Positions 27,885-41,516 of a DNA stretch of 64,000 nucleotides are shown here, in pieces (the stretch's first letter is position 1; each line of letters starts with the position of its first letter). The notes beneath the pieces are model-generated. The model ran no database searches. It saw only the letters and a list, made by a program, of their open reading frames with translations, and was not told the DNA's origin. The position numbers were made by a program, and so were the translations under genes. The stretch comes from Octopus sinensis (Eukaryota). The stretch is taken from assembly GCF_006345805.1 (NCBI RefSeq), contig NC_042999.1, positions 47,058,001 through 47,122,000 of the forward strand. The letters are read 5' to 3'.

Positions 27885-28195
27885 GGAGGTGCAATGGCCT
27901 AGTGGTTAGGGCGGCGGACTCGCGGTCGTAGGATCGCGGGTTCGATTCCCAGACCGGGCGTGCGTTGTGAGTGTTTATTGAGCGAAAACACCTAAAACTC
28001 CACGAGGCTCCGGTAGAGGGTGGTGGCAATCCCTGCTGTACTCTTTCGCCACAAATTTCTCTCGCTCTTTTTCCTTTTGGCCTGCTCGCTTAAGTAGCGG
28101 AGTTGCGTCATTTAAAGGCTATACCAACGCGAAACGCATTGTGACAAGCAATGTGTAGCAACATCTGATAGCCAGATCGGTCACGTGGTCACATG
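27885..28195 (+). mobile_element. tRNA-derived SINE family S3
   Basis: ggaggtgcaatggcctagtggttagg (A box) ... gggttcgattcccaga (B box); homologous to 55305-55693 and 59351-59654. Confidence 0.85.
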
Positions 28196-29182
28196 GTATA
28201 TATATATATATATATATATCTTAAAAAGTATATTTTACTTTACAATTATATCAAAGCTGTGATTGGAAACTTCTTAGTGCACCAGATTTAACTTTTAAAA
28301 TGGTATATTATAAACGTTCACACTCAATATTCGAAGATATAGATATTGATTTATTCGCTCCTCACATTAGATGTGGTAAATTAAAACTTATTCCTTGATT
28401 TATGAAATACACTATACCTGTTCCTAAATATATGCTCCTTTATTCCAAACGGAAAAATTCGTAATTTTATAGCCATTGAATGAGACCCGTTTTAAATTAG
28501 AATTAAAGGCATGTTATTTTCCATAGAATAACATTATAAAATACTATGGAGACACGGCATCCTTAAATCAGTGTTGAGTGATGTGAATTTTAATACTGTT
28601 GTAAAAATAGTGTTCTTTCTTCAATGTTATTCAATCAATTTCCCTGCTACCGTTTACCAAATGCAGTTAAAATATTATAATTAATATTAAATGATCTCTA
28701 TTAAGCGCAATGGTGAATAATCATGAGAACTGCAATGCTTTAAATAAACTCTAAATTTATTTTTCCTGTCAATAATTCATATATACGTTCTGTTGCTGAT
28801 TGGTTAAAATACTTTATCATTGCCAAAGCAAAGTAGCATTAGTCAGAATAGACAATTACATAAATTGTGGATTCATAAATTTCTTAAAAGATTTGCGATT
28901 CGTTACTAAATACAAATGGAGAACATTAATTGCAGGGTCAGCGTCTAACCTTTACTTCATTATCGCAACAATATAAGCTAATGTTAGAATCTACGACTGA
29001 TATCTGATTATAAGTTCAGTTATTATTGTTTACAAATCTACAGATTTGTCTTTCAGTTGTTTACATCTATTCTGGAAACGTGTCTCATGCGAATGCCTTG
29101 CCCGTCGTTCCCACATCATTTCTTTTCTTCCCTACTCCATCATTCTTTCTTTCTTTCTGTCTGGTTATTTACTCTTTCACTC

Positions 29183-29389
29183 TCTTTTACTTGTTTCAGT
29201 CATTTGACTGCGGCCATGCTGGAGCACCGCCTTTAATCGTAGAAATCAACCCCAGGACGTATTCTTTGTAAGCCTAGTACTTATCTATCGGTCTCTTTTG
29301 CCGAACCGCTATGTTACGGGGACCTAACACACCAGCATTGATTCTCAAGGGATGTTGGGAGACAAACAAAACACAACACACACACACAC

Positions 29390-29450
<61 letters not shown>

Positions 29451-29612
29451 GACGAGCTTCTTTCAGTTTCCATCTACCAAATCCACTCACTGGGCTTTGG
29501 TCGGCCCGATGCTATAGTAGAAGACACTTGCCCAAGGTGCCACGCAGCTGAACTGAACCCGGAACCATGTCGTTGCGAAGCAAGCTACTTACCACACAGC
29601 CACTCCTGCGCC
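29183..29612 (-). mobile_element. SINE family S2 with internal (TA)n/(CA)n
   Basis: Full head ggcgcaggagtggctgtgtggtaagtagcttgc and tail gactgaaacaagtaaaaga. Confidence 0.9.
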
Positions 29613-30165
29613 TGTCTCATTCTTATTTAAGAATCTATTTTACTTACAAATAATCATACGTATATTAACAATTTCTATACATATGTAACTACACCCTCGG
29701 GCGTGCGCGCTCGCACACACACACACACACTCGCGTACCCACAGAGACACACATATAACGAACATATTCGACGATCGTAGGATATTAATCATGGTTAGCA
29801 TGCGCTCGTGACGACATACGTAATTCTTTTAATTAAATTAAAATTTTCGCAATGCATATCTCCTAATATCCTACCCTATGTATAATATATAGCGAATCAT
29901 GTATAATATATCATAATTAGTATACATATACATGCAAAATATGTCAACATACGTAGAGGGTTACGAGAGTAAGATCGATTGACAATATACCTCAAGGTAA
30001 CTTTTTCGTGAACAATCATTAAACTCAAGATACACAACGAACTCACAATGTATCGAAGTACATATTTTTTAATTTTTGTACATATTTATTATTATTCTTT
30101 TGCAAAAAACAATGCAACTTTCTTTTTTCCCCTTTCTCATTAAAAAAAAACTTTTTTTACATAAC

Positions 30166-30207
30166 TATTCTTGATAAGTCACACTATGACGAAAACCGGT
30201 TTGAATA
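30166..30207 (+). ncRNA. Minimal type I hammerhead motif with U3-A8 variant core
   Basis: UAUUC UUGAUAA GUCA-CACUA-UGAC GAAA ACCGGU UU GAAUA: stem I 5 bp, stem II 4 bp, stem III region the 10-bp palindrome AAACCGGUUU. Confidence 0.68.
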
Positions 30208-31419
30208 AATATATATTTATATATTTTTTCAATTTCTCATTTCATTAAAAAAATGTTTCTTTCAATTTAGCATTCTGCATTTTTACAATTTTTCCTTGCT
30301 TATCATTTCTCCACGTGCGGTCAACACAATCCCACCATTTATTGATCTATATATATATAGAATTACACTTACCTGCAAATATGAATTTGCATTTATTCAC
30401 GTGTGATGAGTCTATCCGTTTGGAAGTGTATTGTGGGGTTGATGATGGCAGTGGTAGTTGTGTAGATAAGTCGGTACCTGCGTTTGTGAAACTGCATATG
30501 TACTTTTCAAAGATGGTCGAAGTCTAATGTGTGAAAGAGTTTTTTTATCGACACAACTTCACGACAGGTATATGATTCTAAATGAGTAAGAGAACATGGA
30601 GCGAGCGATAAGGAAATGACGATTGTCCTTTCGTTATTTCGATCTTGCAGGAAATGAAAAGGACTTATTTGGAGTCCCTAATGTGAAGTATGTAATTTTA
30701 AGCTTACTATTAGTCATTGAGTGTTTTTGTATATAGTTGGAGTGGACATGGCCTTGTATTATGATTTTAAGCTTTCGTATGAGGATTTAGGCATGGAACA
30801 TGAGAACTACCCAGAATGTTTGCAAGAATGTAAACACCAAACGACTCAGCTAATTTCTTGGTGATGATGTTAAGATAGTAAACGGATTTCTCAGGATGAA
30901 TTTTCTTTAAAAATGTACACACAAATCGTGATCAAGTACCGCAAATAATCTCGGTAGGTGATCTAACGATTTCTTCACTCACACGCTCAACGCCGTCGAA
31001 TCTTGATGAATGCAACGGTTTTAATATTTCAAAATATAAGCAACTGCATCCAGTTCACTTCGTTTCACACTACCTTTGCAGCCTCGCTTAATACTGTAAT
31101 CGATGAGAGGTATTCTAACTTGTCCTTCATTTCGAAAGAAATAATGGTTTAATATTTATTTCTCAAACAAGATTTTTCTGCTTCAATAGGACAGGGCATC
31201 TGAGATAATTTTGAATATAGTCATATATTCTCAATGCTTATAAGAAGTGTTGGGGCCTGCGAGTGCTTTGAGTTTGAACGCTGATTTCTTTGACGAGGGT
31301 GGGCCTGAAGCTAAACAAAGACAATAAGGAATGCTTAAAATATAATCATTAGTACGAACTTAAAAATATTGGCTGATTAAATATCATTACCAATGCTATA
31401 CTGTACACACTGCATTCAT

Positions 31420-31430
31420 GTATATATATA

Positions 31431-31479
<49 letters not shown>

Positions 31480-31513
31480 ATATTATATATATATATATAT
31501 TATATATATATAT

Positions 31514-31548
<35 letters not shown>

Positions 31549-31575
31549 ATATATATATATATTATATATATATAA
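31420..31575. repeat. Imperfect (TA)n tract
   Basis: Direct reading. Confidence 0.95.
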
Positions 31576-31617
31576 TATAATTCGAGACAAAACCACTGTC
31601 TCGAATTATATTATATA
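31569..31617. repeat. Perfect 21-bp inverted repeat with 7-nt loop, built from a PLE-like terminus
   Basis: tatataatataattcgagaca-aaaccac-tgtctcgaattatattatata; ttcgagacaaaaccact also occurs reverse-complemented near 45840-45860. Confidence 0.85.
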
Positions 31618-31694
31618 ATATTTTACTATAAGATTGGATTTAACCCTAAATCTGATTTTTCCCTGTAATTTTGGATTCATTTTCTAATATTTAT

Positions 31695-31749
<55 letters not shown>

Positions 31750-31754
31750 ATATC

Positions 31755-31943
31755 AGTCGGCATGATAGATAGTTAGCCACTACACACATTTTTTTCTCTC
31801 CTTGTTTTTCTCTGTCCCTTTCTGTGGAAGAGCGTAGGCTCGAAGCGTAAAATACATTTTCTATTCCTGAGCGTTATACTAATACATCTGTTTGTCTTGT
31901 ACACCACCTTTCTTCGTCTTTTGTTTTTTTCGTAAACTCTCCC

Positions 31944-31948
<5 letters not shown>
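31755..31948 (+). mobile_element. (TA)n-flanked hammerhead family B copy 1 (motif 31818-31853)
   Basis: CUUU CUGUGGA A GAGC-GUAG-GCUC GAAGC GUA AAAU; homologous over about 190 bp to 51250-51470. Confidence 0.65.
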
Positions 31949-31983
<35 letters not shown>

Positions 31984-32063
31984 AATATTCTATAATTGTA
32001 AACATATTCCCTCGATCGTGTGCATATTTAAACCTAGCAAATTCAAAATATATATTGGAAATG

Positions 32064-32120
32064 CTACACTGATGATGAGAAGTAAGTAATAAACATATTA
32101 ACCTCGAAACGCTTCTGATG
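32064..32120 (+). ncRNA. Degenerate hammerhead-like motif with long stem II
   Basis: cuaca CUGAUGA u GAG...(UAAUA/UAUUA)...CUC GAAAC gc uuc ugaug; stems I and III are damaged. Confidence 0.35.
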
Positions 32121-32772
32121 CTAATCGAAGTCGTGTTGATTCATTATTTTTCTCTTTGCCTACGTAAAACAGTCTGTTACTGTCTGGGAGATTCTTACGA
32201 TAGTAGGAAAGGAATTTTCAACTCTTTTTTCTAAATTCAGTATGTGGTGAAGCAATTAGCTGACCCCTAATTATAATTATGTTTATAATTATATAATTTT
32301 TCTATAATTTTACATATAAAGGTGATTTCAACGTACCCATCTACTTGGTAAAATTATTAATTAATTTAATGATTAATTAATTAATTAAATTTATTAAGTT
32401 TAATCTTTTATTATTTATTATTTATTTGAAATATATATATACATATAAATCTGTATACATGTATCTAAATACACAAATAAATTTGGTGGGTGTGGGATAG
32501 TTGATCACGTCGACACCATCACTCAACTGGTAACTATTTCCTAATTATTCATCTACAAGGAAGAAACGTACAATGATATCTGTTCACTAATATCTTTAAT
32601 GAGGGTTAGCCTTAAGCTACACAACAGCAACAACAACGTTAACAATAACAACACAAAACATGATCAGTATTGCAAAACATCTGGTGTACGGTTAAATATT
32701 ATTGGTAAGGCTTTATTATACACACTGAATTCATTCGTACATACCATGCATATATATACATACATATACATA

Positions 32773-32851
<79 letters not shown>

Positions 32852-32899
32852 ATATATATATATAGACACACACACACTCACACACTCATATATATATAT

Positions 32900-33050
32900 G
32901 TCGTTATTTCCGTTCTATTTTAACAAAAACGGAAACGTGAAACTCCTGAGTAACAGCTTTTGTTATATTCTACATATTACTCTGCCTCTGGTATTTGAGT
33001 ACTCTGTTTTCCACCTTGTTTCACATTTATGTGCTTTCTCCGGTATAAAT
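32900..33050 (+). mobile_element. Truncated (TA)n-adjacent element with the 3' half of a hammerhead-like motif
   Basis: tttccgtt/aacggaaa hairpin overlapping GAAACGT, then tcctgagt; the CUGA half is missing. Confidence 0.35.
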
Positions 33051-34027
33051 ATGATTGCGTATATCTAAGTACACGCACACAAATAAATGGTCATTTCTGC
33101 TATGAACAGAAGACAGCAATTTTTGGGGAGAGAGGTAGTCGATTAGATCTACCCCATTGCTGAACTGGTAATTATTTCATAATCTTCTATAAGGAAGAAG
33201 GCTATAAAAATGTCCAACAGTGTATGAAATATATCCTCATAATATTTTATGCTGTTCTTTTATGTCTCGTATATAATACATATTTGCAAACATTCTTAAA
33301 GATTACTAACGTAATATTAAGTATAAATATTTCGTTCAATGATTTCAATTTATATATTATTTCATTAAGTTTCTGTAAAATTATTGATATTCCAACAGTT
33401 TTCCATTCCATTTAGTAACGGCATTTACTTAATGGAATATATTATTTAAGATCAAAGACATTTAGAAATGCTGTAACGCGTTTAGGGCACATTATTCAGT
33501 AGATACTTCATGTAAGCTACAGACCTTTCAATCAGATTACTAAATTGGGTAACTGATTAATATACCATTGAAAAATATTGCATACATCAAAACACATCCA
33601 TGATTAAAGCACTCTCTTCTTAACATCCATAAGCTCGATAGCCAAATATTGACGCAACAATATTATTCACATACCAGTCCTTCGATTAAACTTGATATTA
33701 ACCTTTTAAACATCATCATAAACTAACGCTTACTCTTGTGCTCCTCTAATCGGTTAAGCTTTTAAATGCCAATGCACATCGTTTTTCAAACACTCAGTAA
33801 ATTATACAAAAACCGAAATCATAGAAAGTGTTCAAAATAATTTTTATACGAAATCATTCGCAAATATATCATTACAAACATAACTTCTATTGATTACAAT
33901 TTAATTGAATATTTCATGACCAATGTTATATACAACTCACTTTACAGACTACATAAAATAAAATTTAATCTTTGTGACATTTCATCGTCATCACACTAAT
34001 AAATATTTATGCATATTTTGTGTCCTT

Positions 34028-34047
34028 TTTAAAAATAATTTATCTCG

Positions 34048-34130
<83 letters not shown>

Positions 34131-34279
34131 CCTATCTATCCATCCATACATGAATACACACACACGTGTGAGTATCTATACGTAGGCTTTTGTATCTACA
34201 AATAGGTATGTATATATGTATATATGTATGTAAGTATGTACGTATGAATGTATGTATGTATGTGTATATATATATGTAT

Positions 34280-34320
<41 letters not shown>

Positions 34321-34343
34321 TACATACACAAACACACACACAC

Positions 34344-34370
<27 letters not shown>
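34028..34370. repeat. Compound (TATC)n / (TATG)n / (TA)n / (CA)n microsatellite
   Basis: Direct reading. Confidence 0.9.
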
Positions 34371-34375
<5 letters not shown>

Positions 34376-37251
34376 ATCTGTCTTTATATGTATGAGTGTG
34401 TGTTGTGTCTGTAATTGAGTTGTAATTGTGTCTGTAATGTGTGTTGAGTTGTAATTGTAAATGAAATTGAAATACAGAGACTTTTATCTACCAAATTTTA
34501 TGTTTTCCAAAATATTGAACTAAAAATAAGATGGAAAACAGAGATATAATCAGACAAATTTTCCTTAGCCTGTCCAATATTTTCAAAAAATCGCGAAATT
34601 TCTAATAAAATTCCCTTTCAAAACTATAGATATTTTTCCATGAATCCGTATAATAAAAGCCCAAAATTTGGCAACATATTAAAAGTATACTATTAATCAT
34701 AAATGATGTATTTTGAAATATTTCATCTTATATTAATGAATAATATTGCAAATAAGCACAACACCCATATATTACAAATTAATAGATGATGAAAAAACGG
34801 TGAAATTACGCATTTCTATTACATTAAACTTTTTTTATCTTATCTTGTAGCATAATTATACTGTCTACGATTATTATGATTATGCCAAGTTCGATCAAGA
34901 TTTGTCAGTACTGACCTGAAATATATACACTGCAACAAGGAGATACTTACAGTTATTACGCTTAATTATAAGGAATATTATTCTTGACCGGATTAACTAA
35001 GACCTTGTTTCCCATTAAAAAGTACAGTAATCTATTGAAACATGGACTCATTTTTTGGTTACTATTTCAATATGCTTCAGAAATGTTGATATCTGTTGAA
35101 AGATATCGATAGGGAAAGAATAGGAGATTTCAAAGAAATATTTTGCTTTATGATTTATTCCTACAATAGAAAGAAAATAAAAATAAATGTAGCTAATGTT
35201 TCTATCAGATAAAAAATTACTCTTGTTAATTGATTTAGCTATTTACACCTGCTCCGTCGGATAAGACAATAAATTGCCTATAGAAATATAATGATAATCT
35301 TTGTTTTAAACGTACTGAAGTTTGATACTTTGAAAAAACTGCGTAAAATAATAAAAGTTGATTTAATTACTTGATCGATGTAATTGACAAAAGTTCCCTA
35401 AGAGAAGAGATTTATTGATCAAAAACTTTCTCTTTAGCGCACACGAGTGGCAAAATGCCGGCCGTAAATCTCGAGAAAAAATGTTTATTTTCGTTTATCT
35501 TATAATATTGAGTGTAGAATAGGTCCTTCTGTTTGTTTGTATCTGACGCATTAATATTAAAAGAACGACAATGATAAAGCAGATTTAGCTGGGAGATAAC
35601 GAGGAAAGATCTCAGATTAAAGGAATCTATTTCCTTTCTGACAATACTTCTTAAGAAAGTGACTCCTACAATTTCTCACAGATATTCGAGTGGAATGTGA
35701 CATTAAGCCTGCTTCTCAAACGTTATAGCTTGAATCTGATAATTTAAATGCGTCTTTCCAATAGAAGCAACGCGTTTCGTAATCTAAACCGTTGTTAATC
35801 ATTAAAGGGAATATATCCTAATGAACACAATATTTTATGTGTTCATAGTATCAAACGTCAAAGAATCCCCCATGGCCTTTACCTTCACTGGTCATCCATC
35901 ATAGCTGCTATCGGTTGGTTACATTTTAACATCTATTTCGTTATATGTGCACAGCAAATAATGAATCAATTATTTTGACCACTCTGTTTCTTTCTCGTTA
36001 TAAAGTTCAAAGAAACTTTTTGATTAGCTCCATTTAGAATGGACACTTTCAGAGTTCATACATTTTCCGTAAAGATATTAATTATGGGAAGATAACGTTG
36101 TGTATATGGATGTAGAATTTTAAAGAGAAAGCACTATAACGTTTGACTCTGGTACGTTATGCATATTATTAGTTTGCTGTTTCATGCTATGAGATAATTA
36201 GTTAAGTAAGCTATTAAATAAAATCCTATAAGTTTAGTGCAGTGGCCATAGAAAGTTATATTAATGTATTGTCCAGTATAAAACATACGTTTCTAATTGG
36301 AGAGCATGATACAATCTTTATCAGCAAATTAATTTCATCGATCTGTAAAAGAGATTTGATGCGACAAACTGTGAGCTGTGAACCAGCGAACGAGACGTGA
36401 TAAGTATCATTAGAGACAAATACATCTGTTTTTAATTATGATAACTAATTTATATTTATTACTTAAGATTAGCAGCTGCATGATAAAGCATTGCTACATT
36501 CTTATTGATATTAAATGTCTCTTTGAAAATTAAATTTTGCTGATTTTTTTCCGAGATAAAACACAATTCAGCTGGATTTACTAAATATCAGTGTGTTATA
36601 TTCGATTACAGTCATTTTTTATTTAATTATTACAATTTCACTACTATACAATTAGTGTATTGCAATAAATTCTGTTTTGAAATCTTATTGAACGAAATTT
36701 AAGCGCCATCACTGTTGACAACCTTGGGTCACATCAAACAATTACTTTATGAAGAAATACTATTTAAATTCTAATTAGTTTTCCATCAAGTTATAGAACA
36801 CAAATTTCTCATCTAGGTGACCTAGGATCGATCTCCAGTATAACACCACAACAATTTTTTTATGCGTAAGAAATGACCTCCATGAACGTTAAGTCTGATG
36901 GAGAGAGCAGTGAAATTTTCTTCAAATCACAATGTAACCCATTACTGAAGTAAAGGCACCATAGTTCATATAGGTCTTATACATATATAGTCGGGTAAAT
37001 GTCAGTTGGTAACAGAATTAGAACAGTTATGTTCTATTTGACATGTATTGATCTGGGTTAAACAAACGTTATCAATATAATTTACAAGTAATAACAGGCT
37101 GAAATTTGCGAATTATTATATATATATTAACATTTTTAATTGTGGGTAAGTTAATGCTGATGTTTTTTTTTATATATTTTCTACCGATAACTTGAAGCTC
37201 ACCGAATCACTCCACCTGGATCCTTGGATCTTCTCTCTGTCTCGCTGTCTA

Positions 37252-37300
<49 letters not shown>

Positions 37301-37676
37301 GAGGACATTATTACACATAAATGCCGCACGCTAGGAGGGACTCTTACAGTCAAAACTACTAAAATAAACATATCGTACCGACTGCAAGTCTCGAACCAAG
37401 TCATTTAAAAACAGAATTTAGCTGCCGATCACCAGTGATTTCATAATCAGTGCAGTGGTTTGCGCTCTTTACTCATCGGTGCAAGATTTATAATGAATGA
37501 ACAAAATCAACATACCAGACGAGCAACCATCGTATCCACCGTAGCATATAGAACTGTTCACCCCTTATACATCTATGTAAATGGTAGGCTTTTTCAAATT
37601 GCATTTCGGTAACAACGTGCTTATTTGGAATAAAAATTCAGTATTGAATATACTCCGGTTAAATTTATCCTATTTT

Positions 37677-37707
<31 letters not shown>

Positions 37708-37774
37708 CATTTATAAATTATGTACATTTATAAATATATACACATATATATTTATATAAATATAAATATACATA

Positions 37775-37947
37775 GGCGCAGAAGTGTATGTGTGATAAGT
37801 AGCTTGTTTACCAAAAACATGGTTCCGGGTTCAATCCCACTGCGTGGCACCTTCGGTATGAGTCTTCTACTATAGCTTCGGGCCGACCAACGACTTGTGT
37901 GTAGATTTGGTTGACGGAAACTGAAAGAGGCACGTCGTTTATATATA
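37775..37947 (+). mobile_element. S2 SINE head, interrupted at its TA run by the mariner
   Basis: ggcgcagaagtg...gttccgggttcaatcccactgcgtggcacctt...gaaactgaaagag. Confidence 0.85.
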
Positions 37948-39228
37948 CGAGGGGCGTTCAATAAGTAATGCCCCTGACCCACTTCCCATAGCAGTAGAGC
38001 AACGAAACTTCGCACAGTTATTAGTCTTTTTCTACATAGGAACCACCCAGAGTTACGCATTTCTCCTATCGTCTGATGCAGCTCTGAAGACCGTTTTTGT
38101 AGAAGACCCCAGCTTGGTCCTCGAACCACGACGTGACTTCAGAAATCAAGGCTGCATCATCTGGGAAACGCTTTCCTTTCAAAAGCAACTTCATGGCTGG
38201 GAAGAGGTGAAAATCAGAGGGTGCGGGTCAGGAGATGGGGGATGAGTTCATAGCCGCACGCCTGTGCTTCTGATCTGGCGACACGCGAGTTGTGGATCGG
38301 AGCGTTGTCCTGCAGGAGGAGGGTGCCTTTGCTGATCTTGCCCCGCCTCTTGATTTTGATAGCTTCTCTTAATTTCCTCGAAAGTGAAGCATAATAGACT
38401 CCTGTAATTGTGGCACCCTTTGCCAAAAAATCTGTCATCACTACTCCGTCCTGGTCCCAGAAGACTGTGAGCATGACCTTGCCAGCGGAGGGCTGCACCC
38501 TTGCCTTCTTTGGAGGAGGTGAGTCACGGTGCTTCCACTGCATTGACTGGGCTTTGGTCTCTGGATCATAGTGATGGACCCAGGTTTCATCCTGTGTTAT
38601 CAGTCTTTTGACAAATTTTGACTCATCTTCTTGGCACATCTTCAAATTCATCCTCGCGCAATCGACGCGTTCTTGCCTCTGGAGAGGTGTGAGCAACCTG
38701 GGAATCCATCTGGCAGACACCTTTTGCATATGCAAATGGTCATGAATGATAGTTTCCACAGACCCGGTACTAATCTTGACCTCATGGGCTATTTGGCGAA
38801 TAGTTATGCGTCGATCTTCCAAAATGGCAGCCTCAACTTGACGGACAGATGCCTCATCAATGGCAGAAGGAGGCGATCAGATCTGGGAGCTGTTTCCACA
38901 AGGTTCCGACCATGTTTGAATTCACAATGCCAGCGTTTTACAAGGTCATATGATGGGGCATCATCACCATAAGTTACTTTTATTTCATCAAAAGTCTCCC
39001 GTGGTGTGCGTCCTTTCAAATACAAAAACCGCATCACTGCTCGACACTCAACAGGCTCCGTTTCACACTTCACTCAGTTCAAACACCTGTAAATCAGAAA
39101 CCACAATTAGTTCAGAGCTGTAATTTGCCACTTAATTTATAGAGATATAAATAATTGCACATGCAAAATTTCGGCTAGATCAAGCAACTGCAAGTGGGTC
39201 AGAGGCATTACTTATTGAACGCCCCTCG
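37948..39228 (-). mobile_element. 1281-bp full-length mariner, irritans-like, transposase frameshifted
   Basis: 37-bp TIRs with one mismatch (cgaggggcgttcaataagtaatgcc[c/t]ctgacccactt) and TA duplication; motifs WIPRLLT, ITQDETW, LLLQDNAPIH and damaged YSPDLAPSDFHLF; breaks near 38810 and 38230 plus a late stop. Confidence 0.96.
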
Positions 39229-39533
39229 TATATTTGTGCGTTTGTGTAAGAGTGGCTGTGTGGTAAGTAGCTCGCTTACCAAGTAGCCAGCATATTTCCC
39301 ATGAGTTTTTGAGACTTCCCATGAGACTTTGTTGTCAGTGTGTGCGTGTTTCAGTGTTTTTTGCACTAAAGAATATAGCCGGAAGTGTTTAGCCTGACAA
39401 AAGAAGCTGCTGCAAGGTAAGACTTTTCTTTTGGACCCAGTGAGGGTCGTCGTCAGTGCTTATATGTTTTACAGACAGGCAATCCTCATTGGATTTAGGA
39501 TGTTTGGTGACTATCCTGGCACGAAAAGTCGTT
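39229..39533 (+). repeat. Left arm of a ~305-bp inverted repeat
   Basis: Reverse complement of 41517-41820, about 93% identical by manual comparison; starts with an S2 SINE head fragment. Confidence 0.93.
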
Positions 39534-39779
39534 CGCTGTTTGTAAATAGTGTGTATATTACATCTACGTTGGAAAGCTGTATTTAAGTGGAGCCATCCAG
39601 CTTCTATCTGGAGTACCATAATGGCTTTTAGTACATGAATGCCCAGAAGATTTTTTTGCTGTGTTTTTTAAACTATTGTTGTCTTCTTCTAATGTGACTT
39701 TTTATTGAACTGTTTGCTTTTTTTCTTTCTTCTTCCGTTTTGTTTTCTTTTGAATTATTTCTTTCCTTTTTTTTGAACT

Positions 39780-40440
39780 ATTGTTTTGGACATGGCAAAA
39801 TATAATACGCATAAGATTGTAGAGTGGGAGATTGTCCTACATGAGGAGTGGCTAAGACAGGCAAGAGGAGAAAATGGTGGTGTTGAGAATATGTTCGATG
39901 GTTCTTGGCATCATTACCGTCTTCTCCAAGCAGATGATAGAGCAGGTGTTGGCGGAACATCTGCCAACCATTAAGTATATCTCTTGGGAAGTCAAACATG
40001 CACCGGTGTGGTTGCCGTTTGACACCCTAAATGAGTATCACAGTTTTGCGAGCCAGCCCGTTGAGGGTAAAGAAATTTTGTTTCTTCCCGCTTATAGTGG
40101 GAAGAAATTGACGAGGGTCTGAGTCTGTAGTTTGCTACCCGTAATTGAGACCTAGTGGATAGAGGATAATATCTGACAGGGTCTGGGTGGCAGCGGAGCC
40201 AGGCTCCTCAAGGTGAAAATTCTTCTTGCGGCTGATTGGGTAGGGTCAAAAGTTGTTTTGATCCTGTGGACCCAATCAGCCATAAATCTAGTTATGCCAG
40301 ATTTTTTTTTTAAATGGCCGGGTGCAGGTACCTGTTGATTCTTGAGGGTGCCCCCACTCCCGGTGTCGTCGGTGTCTGGAGCATGGCCATATAAAGCATT
40401 GCCCTCGGGAGCAAGGTGGAGTCCTGGAGCAGTCTGTAAA
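39780..40440 (-). mobile_element. Decayed 3' fragment of an I/Nimb-like LINE
   Basis: Frameshifted KTVIL..., GNHT..LT...YLM, C..C...TIEHILN resembling the RLRIGHT..THSYL / CCHC knuckle of I-group ORF2. Confidence 0.5.
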
Positions 40441-41516
40441 AGAGGGAACGAAAGCGTTTGAAGAGACAAATTTTTCCATCTCTCCCCCTCTCTCTCTCTC
40501 TCCCGCTCTCTCTTCCCTCTCCCCTCTCTCTTGCTATATATATATATATATATCTGTGTGGTATGTGTGCTGTATATTTTTCAATAAACGAGAATTCTCT
40601 ATCTCTCATTATCTTTTTCTTTTTTTTTCGTTTTAAATAATCTTGGTTGTCTGAAATTCTGGATTAAAAACATAACTTCCTGCAGGCAAGATTCAAAATT
40701 CATTTAACACATAACTATTCTAGGCGAAAAAAATTGAAGTGGGGTCATAAGATTGTAATAAAATATGATGTGTTTATTTTATTTCCTCAGATAATTTGAT
40801 TAAAGATAATTAGAAGTTAGCATATATGTATCTACATACGCCTGATCTAAAACAGTATTTTAGTGATAACGAGTGTCTCTTATCATTAGACGAGTCTTTT
40901 TGTCCTTTAAGCTATCTTTTCAAAGAAGTTTCAAGAGATAAATGATCAAACAAATGTTATTTTAATTAAACTGAATCTGAAACTAAAAATTAAAGAAAAA
41001 GATACTATTTTTTTTTAATATATTAAAGTTTTCAGGCGCCATTATTTTGGGGAAAGCAAAAGATATGTATGCTCGTGTCGAGGTTTGATATAAATAAATA
41101 CAAAATTCTAAACAGACTGCTTTTTTTTAAATGTTTCTATGAGGTTTCAGATGCAGACTGTGAAAGCTATCATACACTTGTCCTTCCTGGTGCCGATCAA
41201 AATCCTTTCTGGAGCTGAACAAGATAATTCCAGCCACAGCCAACACAACTATTTGAGGAACATGTGGTGTAAGACTAACTTTCTAATGATTTCTATTGTT
41301 ATTTAAAATTGTTGGTTGTGATATGAGGGTGATTTGACATTTATATTAAGGCAGCTGAAGACAGTTAATTACTGGTATTTCTAGTAGTGCATCGTTGATT
41401 TAAATTGTTTTCGGAGAAAAACATCTGATTTTAAATATATCTTTCAATACATAATTCTTCAGAAAATTTATCAAAATACTTGGTGGGTATACTACACACG
41501 TATAAAAATAAAATAA

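Noticed and set aside
27885-27960. tRNA gene
   Set aside because: A and B boxes are present but it continues into SINE body with no acceptor-stem closure; homologous copies are dispersed.
41351-41385. CTGAAGA followed by a CAGT/ACTG hairpin
   Set aside because: No GAAA and no stems I or III.
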